From Cylindrospermopsis raciborskii Cr2010 (GTDB lineage: Bacteria > Cyanobacteriota > Cyanobacteriia > Cyanobacteriales > Nostocaceae), in the NCBI RefSeq assembly GCF_003367075.2, contig NZ_CP065936.1:840001-872000 (forward strand): a stretch of DNA of 32,000 bases, in the 5' to 3' direction. Below are positions 20,316 through 29,657 of this stretch, piece after piece. A program made the translations under genes and the position numbers. The notes below the pieces were generated by a model that searched no databases, was not told the DNA's origin, and was given only the letters and a program-made list of their open reading frames with translations. Within the stretch, counting starts at the first letter, position 1. Every line of letters starts with the position of its first letter.

Positions 20316-21185
20316 ATGGGCAATATTTGGGAACTCGATTTTTACTCTCGTCCTATTCTGGACGCAAATCAAAAAAAAGTTTGGGAAGTCTTGATCTGTG
20401 AAAGTCCTACAGATGTTCTTACTAAAGTGGATTCCCTATTTCGCTACGCGCAATATTGCCCCAGTACCCAAGTCAATTCAGTCTGGTTACGCCAAGCATT
20501 ACAAGAAGCTATTGAAAAAGCAGGTGTAGCACCCATAAAAATTCGTTTTTTCCGCCGACAGATGAATAATATGATTACTAAAGCTTGTCAAGATATGGGG
20601 ATACCTGCCTTACCTAGTCGCAAAACTTTAGTTCTCAACCAATGGATACAACAAAGAATGGAGGAAGTTTATCCTCAAGAACCCGGATATGAACAGGTAA
20701 CTAACTCTTCCGTACGATTGGAAAGACCCTTACCTCAAAGGTTACCGGATGCGCTAGAAGGTAAACAATGGACATTTGTTAGTCTAGGAGCCAGTGATAT
20801 TACTGATATGCCAGAATGGGAAATTGCTTTTGGCGAGGCTTTTCCCTTAGAATTAGCTGGTTTATCCCCAGAAATCCCCATTCCGGGAATTTTGATTTTT
20901 TCTCCCAGAGCTTTACCCATTGCTGGATGGATGTCCGGTTTAGAGTTGGCATATTTACGATTGGATAGTAATCGTAATAATCAAGGGGATAGATTAGTTT
21001 TAGAGACAGGTGGTACGGAAAGTTGGATTTTAGCAAATTTGAGAACTCCCCAATTATTAGCAGAGGCTAAGGGGTTTGAAGAGGCTAAACAAAAAGCCGA
21101 CGGTGTGCATTTTATTGGAGTACAGTCTGATCCTCAGTCCCAGTCTTTTGCTGGTTTTTGGTTATTAAAAGAAATCAATCTTTGA
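20316..21185 (+). CDS. Tab2/Atab2-family protein, homologous to chloroplast PSI translation factors
   Basis: N-terminal IWELDFYSRPILDANQKKVWEVLICE and C-terminal LVLETGGTESWILANL...FEEAKQKADGVHFIGVQ...FAGFWLLKE match the Tab2 family pattern. Confidence 0.85.
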   Translation: MGNIWELDFYSRPILDANQKKVWEVLICESPTDVLTKVDSLFRYAQYCPSTQVNSVWLRQALQEAIEKAGVAPIKIRFFRRQMNNMITKACQDMGIPALPSRKTLVLNQWIQQRMEEVYPQEPGYEQVTNSSVRLERPLPQRLPDALEGKQWTFVSLGASDITDMPEWEIAFGEAFPLELAGLSPEIPIPGILIFSPRALPIAGWMSGLELAYLRLDSNRNNQGDRLVLETGGTESWILANLRTPQLLAEAKGFEEAKQKADGVHFIGVQSDPQSQSFAGFWLLKEINL

Positions 21186-21315
21186 GCGAAACTTGTTGGC
21201 AATGTTTGCTGCAATGACACCAAACCTCTGTACAAAACCAGTTTTAATGAATCCCTATCTACTTAGATCGGGGAGAATTTAGATATCTCGCGTAGTGAAT
21301 ACTTCGCAATCGCAT

Positions 21316-22653
21316 TTATATCCAGGGTGTTGGGTCTTGTTCATCTACCCAACCTAAAAGATCAGATTCCAAACTAGATGTTTGGAGAAATCCGATGGGA
21401 AATTGAGAACCAATATCCGTGGGAAATTGAGAGGGAAATTGAGAACCAATATCTGTGGGGAATTGGTTCCCAAGATCAAAGGGAAATAAATTTATAGGAA
21501 AGGGGAAAGGTGAGGGTGGAAGAGGTTGATTGGGTTGTGGAGGTTTAGTGCTATTTTCCGCTGTGCTAACAATAATTTCTCGCACTTGACTTTCTGTTAA
21601 ATTGGGGTTGGCACTTAACATTAATGCGATCGCTCCAGCAACATGGGGAGTAGCCATAGAAGTACCAGTATAATTGGCATATTTATTGTTAGGAACTGTG
21701 GAGTAAATATCCTCACCGGGAGCGGTGACATATTTAATTTCTTGAGAACCAGAACGGTTGGAAAAATTAGTGGTTTTATTATTTATATCTACTGCGCCCA
21801 CTGCAAGTCCTGAATTATACGCATAACGAGCAGGATAAGATGGTATAGAATTGCCCTCATTCCCAGCAGCCATAACTACGATTACATTCTTACTAGCAGC
21901 ATATTCAAGGGCTGATTTTAAACCATCACTACCAGAACCTCCTCCTAAACTCATATTAATAATGCGAGCACCATTATCAGTAGCATAACGGATACCTTGG
22001 ATGATACTGGTATAAGATCCCGAACCTTTTTCATCTAAAACCTTCACGGGCATAATTCGAGAATTATAGGCAATACCAGTTACACCAATAGCATTATTTT
22101 CACCTGCAATAGTCCCAGAAACATGAGTTCCATGACCATTATCGTCGAGAACATTATTGTTATTACTTTGAAAATTCCACCCTCTAATATCATCAATATA
22201 ACCATTGCCATCATCATCTATACCATTTCCTGCAATTTCCTTGGGATTGAACCAAATATTATCATTTAAATCTTGGTGGTTATAGTCTACTCCAGTGTCT
22301 AAAACAGCAACAATAATTCCCTGACCTGTATAACCATTTTGCCAAGCTGTAGGAGCATTAATCATATCCGCACCCCAATTGTTTCCTCCTATTTGAGGTG
22401 CTTTAGGATAGGGACTTTGACCTACTGCCATACTTACTGCATTCCCCGCATTTATTAATCCATATCCATTATTAGTATTATAGTTGTTTGTGGTAACACT
22501 TTGTTGACTTTCTTCCTCTAATACTAGATAGCTATGGCCTGCTGAAATTACAGAGTTTTCTAAAGGAGTTTGTAATTGTGGAATTACCAACTTTTCATCT
22601 TGTATATTAAGTTGACTGTCACTAAAACTGGTTGCCGTAACATCTAATCTCAT
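21316..22653 (-). CDS. Subtilisin-like S8 serine protease
   Basis: VAVLDTGVDYNHQDL, NGHGTHVSGT and YTGTSMATPHVAGA give the full Asp/His/Ser triad. The C-terminus has short FPTDIGSQFP repeats. Confidence 0.93.
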   Translation of the reverse strand: MRLDVTATSFSDSQLNIQDEKLVIPQLQTPLENSVISAGHSYLVLEEESQQSVTTNNYNTNNGYGLINAGNAVSMAVGQSPYPKAPQIGGNNWGADMINAPTAWQNGYTGQGIIVAVLDTGVDYNHQDLNDNIWFNPKEIAGNGIDDDGNGYIDDIRGWNFQSNNNNVLDDNGHGTHVSGTIAGENNAIGVTGIAYNSRIMPVKVLDEKGSGSYTSIIQGIRYATDNGARIINMSLGGGSGSDGLKSALEYAASKNVIVVMAAGNEGNSIPSYPARYAYNSGLAVGAVDINNKTTNFSNRSGSQEIKYVTAPGEDIYSTVPNNKYANYTGTSMATPHVAGAIALMLSANPNLTESQVREIIVSTAENSTKPPQPNQPLPPSPFPFPINLFPFDLGNQFPTDIGSQFPSQFPTDIGSQFPIGFLQTSSLESDLLGWVDEQDPTPWI

Positions 22654-23003
22654 GGATTTTTTATCCTCAATAATTGGACCTTGCTAAATAAAATCAAAAG
22701 CCAGATAAATCAAAGTTTTGAAATTTATAAAAAGCAACTAAGTGCCAATTTTTAAAAAGTGGGTGTGATAAAAATTCCATGCTTTAACTAAGGTAAAACA
22801 ACAAGATTTGAAGACAAAATATTGTCCTCTTATTGAAAAATTTAAATTATTAATCTTGGTTAAAGACTACCAAAGTTTTATGAAGACAAAAAGCCAGATA
22901 GGCTACTAATCAAGAAATTGTTAAGTTAATATGACACTGGCAATATTGTATTGATTATTGCTTTATGATATATTTTTATTATTCTTAATATGTATATGAT
23001 TAC

Positions 23004-23690
23004 ATGAGCCAAGTAATTTGGATCGCTAGACATGCTAACAGACTTGACTTTGTCAACCCTGACTGGTTTCTGACAGCAGAAAGGCGTTATGATCCCCCTT
23101 TATCAGATGATGGTATAATTCAGGCACAGCAACTAGCAAAACGGTTAAAAGGCGAAAGAATAAAGCATATTTTTGCCTCTCCTTTTTTGCGGACCGTACA
23201 GACAGCCAATGCAGTAGCGGAAATCTTGGATTTAGATATCAAATTAGAGACAGGACTCAGCGAGTGGTTAAATCCAGAGTGGATGACAGAAGAACCAGAA
23301 AAACTGTCAACCTTGGAACTGGTCAAATTATTTCCTAGAATAGATAGGAGCTATACACCTCGGATTGCTGCAAAATACCCTGAAACCCATGAACAGGTGA
23401 GATATCGTTCAGGACAGACTGCCAGATGTTTAGCAGCGGAATTTTGGCCTCACGATATCTTATTAGTCGCACATGGAGCTTCTGTGTTAGGTGCTGCTAT
23501 GGGATTTGTAGGAGATCTAGCCAAAACTGAAGTAAAGGCCAAATTATGCTCCCTGGTTAAATTAGTGCATCAGGAATCACAATGGTTTTTGGAACTCAAG
23601 GGAGATACTTCCCATTTGGAAGAAATACCAGGACTGCAACCAGAATACTCCAGCTTATGGCAACTACCACCGACAAAACCAGTTGCTTGA
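23004..23690 (+). CDS. Histidine phosphatase (phosphoglycerate mutase-like) family protein
   Basis: VIWIARHANRLD (RHxN variant of RHG), FASPFLRTVQTA, LLVAHGASV. Confidence 0.85.
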   Translation: MSQVIWIARHANRLDFVNPDWFLTAERRYDPPLSDDGIIQAQQLAKRLKGERIKHIFASPFLRTVQTANAVAEILDLDIKLETGLSEWLNPEWMTEEPEKLSTLELVKLFPRIDRSYTPRIAAKYPETHEQVRYRSGQTARCLAAEFWPHDILLVAHGASVLGAAMGFVGDLAKTEVKAKLCSLVKLVHQESQWFLELKGDTSHLEEIPGLQPEYSSLWQLPPTKPVA

Positions 23691-23783
23691 AAACCTACTT
23701 TGGCTTTCACACAGGGAATTCATTCCCTCCCCAACGGACAGTCTCCAGGTAGGGGTTAATTTAAACAATTATGGTTAATCCGC
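23664..23783 (+). repeat. Direct repeat copy A (~110 bp, diverged)
   Basis: Matches 24298-24413: accagt...ttgaaaacc(t/c)actttgg...acagggaattcattccct...gacagtctccagg...ggttaatt.aaacaat..(g)gttaat.ccg. Confidence 0.85.
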
Positions 23784-23845
23784 ATCTATCATTATCTATT
23801 AGGGAAGCGATCGCTCCTCTGTTTAGTCTAAACTAGAATAACAGG

Positions 23846-23920
23846 TTGATGTGTGAAGGGAAACTTTCATGCACGGTTTTGAAGACCAACGAAGTTGGTG
23901 ACAACCTCGTTAAGTTTAAT
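23846..23920 (+). other. Group II intron 3'-end fossil: domain V-like and domain VI-like hairpins
   Basis: 23846-23879 ends gtgtgaagggaaactttcatgcacggttt, a domain-V-like hairpin. 23888-23911 AACGAAGTTG-gtga-CAACCTCGTT is a domain-VI-like stem, followed by AAGTTTAAT as at intron 3' ends. No maturase ORF or upstream domains fit here. Confidence 0.6.
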
Positions 23921-24039
23921 GGCCCAACCTACAGTGGCCTGCGGTAAGACCAAGAGGATTGACTTTGTATATCCCTGTCATTTATGCTTGACAAGCCTAA
24001 AAGATTTACAAACTTTGTTAATTATTTTCTATAAACCCC

Positions 24040-24068
24040 TTGCATATTTATTTAACTAGTGTTATATT
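24040..24068 (+). promoter_or_regulatory. Sigma-70-type promoter for the 46-aa ORF
   Basis: TTGCAT (24040-24045), 17-nt spacer, TATATT (24063-24068). Confidence 0.5.
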
Positions 24069-24074
24069 TAAAAA

Positions 24075-24133
24075 TAAGGTGATCGGGCCGTTCCGCTAAG
24101 AATTCCAGATCACCTTACACCTCGTTCAGAGGT
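24075..24133 (+). promoter_or_regulatory. 5' leader with two hairpins; the second contains the Shine-Dalgarno sequence
   Basis: Stem 1 is 24075-24087 with 24105-24117 (12 of 13 paired). Stem 2 is ACCTC (24119-24123), loop GTTCA, GAGGT (24129-24133), and includes the GAGG ribosome-binding site. Confidence 0.55.
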
Positions 24134-24142
24134 AATCAAATT

Positions 24143-24283
24143 ATGGCACGGACTGCAAATTTTATCAGCAATGTTAATGACGCTATAATAGCTGAAACAG
24201 CAGAACAGGAAAAGCAACGAGCAGAACAGGAAAAACTACGAGCGGACAAATTGGCAGCCCTGGGTGTCAATTTGGATGAATGA
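24143..24283 (+). CDS. 46-aa small protein with heptad-like AEQEKQR/AEQEKLR repeats and a tail resembling Uma2-family C-termini
   Basis: MARTANFISNVNDAIIAETAEQEKQRAEQEKLRADKLAALGVNLDE*; GAGG ribosome-binding site 10 nt upstream; promoter and leader upstream. Absent from the supplied ORF track because of its size. Confidence 0.55.
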   Translation: MARTANFISNVNDAIIAETAEQEKQRAEQEKLRADKLAALGVNLDE

Positions 24284-24297
24284 AACCACAGTAAAAT

Positions 24298-24413
24298 CAC
24301 CCACCACAAGACCAGTCTGTTGAAAACCCACTTTGGACAGGGAATTCATTCCCTGTCTCCCCCACAGACAGTCTCCAGGCGTTGGTTAATTCAAACAATC
24401 CCGGTTAATTCCG
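24298..24413 (+). repeat. Direct repeat copy B (~110 bp, diverged)
   Basis: Partner of 23664-23783; includes the palindrome gacagggaattcattccctgtc. Confidence 0.85.
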
Positions 24414-24465
24414 TGTGCTTCCCAATCGCCCTTTTCATTGATCGATCGCATGGAGTAAATCGTTT

Positions 24466-24490
24466 GTTGGGTTTCGTCCTTCAACCCAAC
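24466..24490. repeat. GTTGGGTT-N9-AACCCAAC palindromic element
   Basis: gttgggtt tcgtccttc aacccaac. Same arms and spacing occur at 11487-11511. Confidence 0.8.
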
Positions 24491-24599
24491 CTTGTATATT
24501 GAGAGAAGTGGTAGAATGGGGGTGGAGTGGATCCATTTTGGAATCAAATCTCACCTAGAGCAAACCTTAGCTGTTTAACAGCGATAACTACCAAACCAG

Positions 24600-25433
24600 A
24601 TGATGAACATTCTCAGCGACCTACTTACCTTACCAGTGCAGTCTAAACCTTTCATATCACAGCAACGTCGGGGAATAGAAATCAAATCTCCTCGTGAGGT
24701 TGATATCATGCGACAATCAGCTAGGATTGTTGCTACTGTTCTCAAGGAAATTTCTGAATTGGTTGAACCGGGGATGACTACTGCGGATCTGGATGCACAC
24801 GCAGAAAAACGTATTCGAGAAATGGGCGCAACTCCCAGTTTTAAGGGATATCATGGATTTCCAGCTTCTATATGTTCTAGTATCAACCACGAGGTGGTAC
24901 ATGGTATTCCCAGTCAGAAAAAAGTGATTCGCTCAGGAGATGTGCTAAAGGTTGATACGGGAGCATACTATCAAGGTTTCCATGGTGACTCTTGTATCAC
25001 CATTGCTGTGGGCACTGTAAGTCCGGATGCAGCAAAATTAATTGAAGTGGCTGAAAAAGCTTTATATGCAGGTATAGAACAAGTGAAAGCTGATGCCCAT
25101 TTAGCTGATATTGCTGGTGGGATTGAAGACTATGTTAAAACAACTGGATTTAATGTGGTAGAGCAGTTCACAGGTCATGGGGTGGGTAGAAACCTTCATG
25201 AAGAACCTGCAGTTTTTAATTATAGAACTCGTGAAATTCCTAATGTTAAATTACGTGCTGGTATGACTTTGGCTATTGAACCTATAATTAATGCTGGATC
25301 AAAAACTACTAAAATATTAAGTGATAGATGGACTGCTGTTACTGTTGATAATGCTCTATCTGCCCAATTTGAACATACTGTGTTGGTTACGGAAACGGGT
25401 TATGAAATTTTAACTGATAGATCATCACTTTAA
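24600..25433 (+). CDS. map: Methionine aminopeptidase, type I
   Basis: [67 protein letters not shown]. Confidence 0.96.
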   Translation: MMNILSDLLTLPVQSKPFISQQRRGIEIKSPREVDIMRQSARIVATVLKEISELVEPGMTTADLDAHAEKRIREMGATPSFKGYHGFPASICSSINHEVVHGIPSQKKVIRSGDVLKVDTGAYYQGFHGDSCITIAVGTVSPDAAKLIEVAEKALYAGIEQVKADAHLADIAGGIEDYVKTTGFNVVEQFTGHGVGRNLHEEPAVFNYRTREIPNVKLRAGMTLAIEPIINAGSKTTKILSDRWTAVTVDNALSAQFEHTVLVTETGYEILTDRSSL

Positions 25434-25454
25434 ACCAAACCCCCCACATAACTG

Positions 25455-26849
25455 ATGACTGATTTAGCATTTACCCCCGCTTTGGAATTGGCTAGGTTAA
25501 TTCGTAAGCGGGAGATATCTCCCCTAGAACTCACAGAGTTATATTTAGATAGAATTTCTCGTTTCAACCCTCAATTGGGTAGTTACTTCACGGTTATGGC
25601 GGAATCAGCCATAGCTGATAGTCGTTATAAAACAGAAATACTAGCTAATACCAGGGAAACTGCATTACCACCCTTTTTTGGCGTTCCCATTTCAATCAAA
25701 GATTTGAATGCGGTGGCGGGTGTTACCTGTACCTATGGCAATCCAACCTTGGTTAATAACATCCCCAATTATGATGATGGTGTGGTTACCAAAATCAAAC
25801 AAGCGGGTTTTGTCATTCTGGGAAAAACAGCTACCTCGGAACTAGGGTCTTATCCCTATACTGAACCTCCAGGTTTTCCCCCAGCTAGAAATCCCTGGAA
25901 TCTAGAATATACTCCTGGTGGTTCTAGTGGTGGTGCTGCATCCGCTGTTGCAGCTGGATTATGTGCGATCGCCCAAGGTTCTGATGGGGGTGGTTCTATT
26001 AGGGTACCTGCGGCTTGTTGCGGCCTGGTAGGGATTAAACCTGCTAGGGGAAGGGTAACTAATGCTCCTGGTACTAGTATCATAGCTACTAGTGGTCCCC
26101 TGGCCAGAACGGTAGCTGATGCAGCTGCTATGCTAGATGCAATTTCTGGATATTTCCCGGGGGATCCCTTTTGGTTAAATGATCCAGAACCTTGTTTCTT
26201 GGAGTCGAGAACAAAGGTGGGACTGAACATAGCCTTTAGTACAAGTATTCCCTCCGTAGGGGAAGCAGATGGGAACGGTCAACAGGGGGTATTAAAAGCG
26301 GTCAGATTATTGGAGGAGTTGGGACATAATGTAGTAGAGAAGTGTCCGGATATAAGTGGGTTAGTCCAACCATTTCAAGTTGTATGGCAAGCTGGAGTAG
26401 CTGCTGCTAGAATACCCCCACAGATCTTACAACCTCTCAATCAGTTTTTATTAGAGAGAACAGGTTCAGCAGGTGAGTATCTACGAGCGGTAACACAGAT
26501 GCAAATCCTATCTCGGCAAATTGTGTCTTTCTTTGATCCCATAGATATATTAGTATTACCTGTGTACCTCCACTCACCCATAAAAATTGGTGAGTGGAGT
26601 CAGTTGAACCCTGATGACACCCTAGAAAGAATCATTAAATGGATTGCACCCTGTCCCATAGCAAACGCGACGGGGCTGCCTGCTATATCCATACCTATGG
26701 GATTTGATGCTAATGGTTTACCCTTGAGTGTGCAATTAATTGGCAAGCCCGCTGCTGAATCTACCTTGATTAGCATCGCATCACAATTAGAAATGGTTAA
26801 TCCTTGGGTGCAATACTGCGAGTTGCCAAAGAGTAGCAAAAATTATTAA
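25455..26849 (+). CDS. Amidase signature family amidase
   Basis: YTPGGSSGGAASAVAAGLCAIAQGSDGGGSIRVPAACCGLVGIKP. Confidence 0.95.
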   Translation: MTDLAFTPALELARLIRKREISPLELTELYLDRISRFNPQLGSYFTVMAESAIADSRYKTEILANTRETALPPFFGVPISIKDLNAVAGVTCTYGNPTLVNNIPNYDDGVVTKIKQAGFVILGKTATSELGSYPYTEPPGFPPARNPWNLEYTPGGSSGGAASAVAAGLCAIAQGSDGGGSIRVPAACCGLVGIKPARGRVTNAPGTSIIATSGPLARTVADAAAMLDAISGYFPGDPFWLNDPEPCFLESRTKVGLNIAFSTSIPSVGEADGNGQQGVLKAVRLLEELGHNVVEKCPDISGLVQPFQVVWQAGVAAARIPPQILQPLNQFLLERTGSAGEYLRAVTQMQILSRQIVSFFDPIDILVLPVYLHSPIKIGEWSQLNPDDTLERIIKWIAPCPIANATGLPAISIPMGFDANGLPLSVQLIGKPAAESTLISIASQLEMVNPWVQYCELPKSSKNY

Positions 26850-27005
26850 ATGGGACAATTGAAATAGTAATCAATACTAAACTGAGGAACCGATTCCTCT
26901 ACATAATATCTCATTATGGTCACCTGTAATAAAAGATTTTTCAGTGGTGTGTTAATTGACATTTTAATGTAAAATTACTTCCTCAAAAGAGAAGAGGTTT
27001 TTTAA

Positions 27006-28352
27006 ATGACTCGTGTGATTATTGTGCGTCATGGACAAAGTACCTATAACACTGAAGGACGCATTCAGGGACGCACTAACACGTCCAGCTTAACCAAAAA
27101 AGGTTCCGAGGATGCTCTTAGGACTGGTCAAGTGCTTAGTAATATACCATTTGCGGCTATATATAGCAGTCCCCTCACCCGAGCTAAACAGACTGCGGAA
27201 ATTATCCACAATCAGTTGACAGGTCATCCGGTTCCATCGGTGGAGACTACTGACTATTTACTGGAGGTGGACTTACCCTTGTGGGAGGGAATGTTATCTG
27301 GAGAGGTGAAGGAAAAGTTCTCCCTCGATTATAGTATCTGGAAAGAACGTCCCCAGGAATTGCTAATGACAATTAGTGACGCAAATGGTACAAGAGATCA
27401 CTCACCTATATTATCTTTATATGAACAAGCACGACAATTTTGGCAGCATATCTTATCCCATCCCCGGGCAAGGACTATTCTTGTAGTTGCACATAATGGC
27501 ATTAATCGTGCTCTAATTAGTACAGCATTGGGTATTCCCCCTAGTCGCTATCATTCTATACAACAGTCTAATTGTGGAATCAGTGTGCTTAATTTTAGCG
27601 GGGGACTGGGTGAACCGGTACAGTTGGAGTCCATGAATCAAACCCAACATCTGGGAGATATTTTGCCTAGTTTGCGCCCAAATCATCAAGGGTTTCGTTT
27701 ACTATTGGTTCGTCATGGAGAAACTGAATGGAATCGTCAAGGGAAGTTCCAAGGACAAATTGATGTACCTTTGAATGACCATGGTAGGGTTCAAGCAACA
27801 AAAGCTAGAGAGTTTCTCAAAACCATATCTCTTGATTTTGCCTTTAGTAGCACTATGGCCCGCCCCCGAGAAACAGCAGAAATTATCCTTCAAGACCATC
27901 CCCACGTCAGTTTACAATTATTGGATGGTTTAAGGGAAATTAGCCATGGAAAATGGGAGGGTAAGTTTGAATCGGAAATAGATCAGGATTTCCCCGGTGA
28001 GTTGCACCGCTGGCGCACTATTCCCGCTCAGGTGCAAATGCCAGAAGGTGAAAATTTACAAGAGGTATATCAACGTAGTGTTGGGTCGTGGCAAGAAATA
28101 TTACAAACTGCTCAAAGTCAAAACCTTGGTATGGGTCTAGTTGTGGCTCACGATGCAACAAATAAAACTTTACTTTGTCACATACTCGGTCTGTCCTTGG
28201 AAAATTTCTGGAATTTCCGTCAGGGGAATGGAGCAGTTAGTGTGATTGATTATCCTCAAGGTGCTGACAGTTCACCCGTTCTACAAGCTATGAATATTAC
28301 CGGACATTTAAGTGGTGGAGTGTTAGATAAAACTGCAGCGGGCGCTCTCTAA
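27006..28352 (+). CDS. Two-domain histidine phosphatase (tandem phosphoglycerate mutase-like domains)
   Basis: Two RHG motifs, RHGQSTYNTEGRIQGR and RHGETEWNRQGKFQGQ, each with its own C-terminal VAHxxxN/T motif. Confidence 0.93.
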   Translation: MTRVIIVRHGQSTYNTEGRIQGRTNTSSLTKKGSEDALRTGQVLSNIPFAAIYSSPLTRAKQTAEIIHNQLTGHPVPSVETTDYLLEVDLPLWEGMLSGEVKEKFSLDYSIWKERPQELLMTISDANGTRDHSPILSLYEQARQFWQHILSHPRARTILVVAHNGINRALISTALGIPPSRYHSIQQSNCGISVLNFSGGLGEPVQLESMNQTQHLGDILPSLRPNHQGFRLLLVRHGETEWNRQGKFQGQIDVPLNDHGRVQATKAREFLKTISLDFAFSSTMARPRETAEIILQDHPHVSLQLLDGLREISHGKWEGKFESEIDQDFPGELHRWRTIPAQVQMPEGENLQEVYQRSVGSWQEILQTAQSQNLGMGLVVAHDATNKTLLCHILGLSLENFWNFRQGNGAVSVIDYPQGADSSPVLQAMNITGHLSGGVLDKTAAGAL

Positions 28353-28377
28353 TCATCATTGGGGAATTGAAGCGGAT

Positions 28378-29634
28378 ATGATTGAATTGCTAAAAGAAGT
28401 GCGGGTGATTGATGCAGTTATGCAAACTGACCAAGTAGCCGATGTGTTGATTTTTGATGGTGAAATTAAGGCGATCGCCCGCCAAATTCCCAATCCCAGC
28501 CCTGAAACTGTTGTGAGAGATTGTCAAGGTCTATTATTGGGCAATGGTTTGGTGGATCTATACAGTCATTCTGGTGAACCTGGGTTTGAAGAAAGGGAAA
28601 CTTTGAGTTCTTTATTAAGGTCGGCTCAAGTTGGTGGATTTACTAGAATAAACGTCCTACCTGATACATATCCAGTGATTGACCAACCATCTCTAGTGTT
28701 ACAATTACAGCAAAAATATAGGAGTAAAAATTCCCCCAGACTACAAATTTGGGGGGGAATAACCCTGGATTTAGCGGGTAAGCAGTTAACCGAATTTGCT
28801 GATTTAGCCAATTGTGGTGTGGTGGGTTTTACGGATGATAAACCTTGGGAAAATTTGGGTATGGTTAGGAGGATATTAGAATATTTACAGCCATATAGTC
28901 AAATTGTGGCTTTTTCACCGTGCGATCGCTCTTTATGTTTAAATGGTAAAGTGAGAGAAGGTGTAGAGGGGTTGCGCATGGGATTACCAGGGATACCAGC
29001 GAGTGCGGAAACCAGTGCCATAGCGGGACTATTAGAATTAGTAGGGGAAATTGGAACTCCTGTACATATTATGCGGGTATCTACAAGCAGGAGTGTGGAA
29101 TTAATTGCTAGGGCTAAATCTGATGGGTTACCCATAACTGCAAGTAGTACCTGGATGCATCTGTTATTGAGTAGCGAAGATATTTACAGTTATCATACTA
29201 GTCTACATTTAGAACCACCTTTGGGAAATGTTAGTGATATGAAAGCGTTGCGTGAGGGGGTGCGTCAAGGTATAATAGATGGTATAGCTATTGATCATGC
29301 TGCATTCACCTATGAAGAGAAGGTGCAGGCTTTTTCTGAATCTCTACCAGGAGCAATCGGTTTAGAACTGGCCTTAGCCTTATTGTGGCAAAACCTGGTA
29401 GAAACTGGGGAATTTACCGCCTTGGAATTATGGAAGAGTTTAAGTTATGGACCTGCAACTTGTTTAAAGCAGAAAATAAACCCTATTCAACCAGGAGAGA
29501 GGGCGGAATTAACACTGTTTAATCCTGACAAGACTTGGGAAGCAACCATAGATAATCTTTGTTCCTTGAGTAATAATACACCATGGTTAGGGGAGGAAAT
29601 AAAAGGAAGAGTGATCCAGATCTGGTGTGACTAA
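28378..29634 (+). CDS. Dihydroorotase-like protein, likely non-catalytic (pseudo-dihydroorotase)
   Basis: Overall DHOase pattern (GLVDLYSHSGEPGFEERETL, GFTDDKP, GIPASAETSAI, IDGIAIDHAAFTYEEK, PGERAELTLFNP), but metal ligands are replaced; see findings. Confidence 0.85.
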   Translation: MIELLKEVRVIDAVMQTDQVADVLIFDGEIKAIARQIPNPSPETVVRDCQGLLLGNGLVDLYSHSGEPGFEERETLSSLLRSAQVGGFTRINVLPDTYPVIDQPSLVLQLQQKYRSKNSPRLQIWGGITLDLAGKQLTEFADLANCGVVGFTDDKPWENLGMVRRILEYLQPYSQIVAFSPCDRSLCLNGKVREGVEGLRMGLPGIPASAETSAIAGLLELVGEIGTPVHIMRVSTSRSVELIARAKSDGLPITASSTWMHLLLSSEDIYSYHTSLHLEPPLGNVSDMKALREGVRQGIIDGIAIDHAAFTYEEKVQAFSESLPGAIGLELALALLWQNLVETGEFTALELWKSLSYGPATCLKQKINPIQPGERAELTLFNPDKTWEATIDNLCSLSNNTPWLGEEIKGRVIQIWCD

Positions 29635-29657
29635 AATAGAAGTATAGAAATTAAAGT

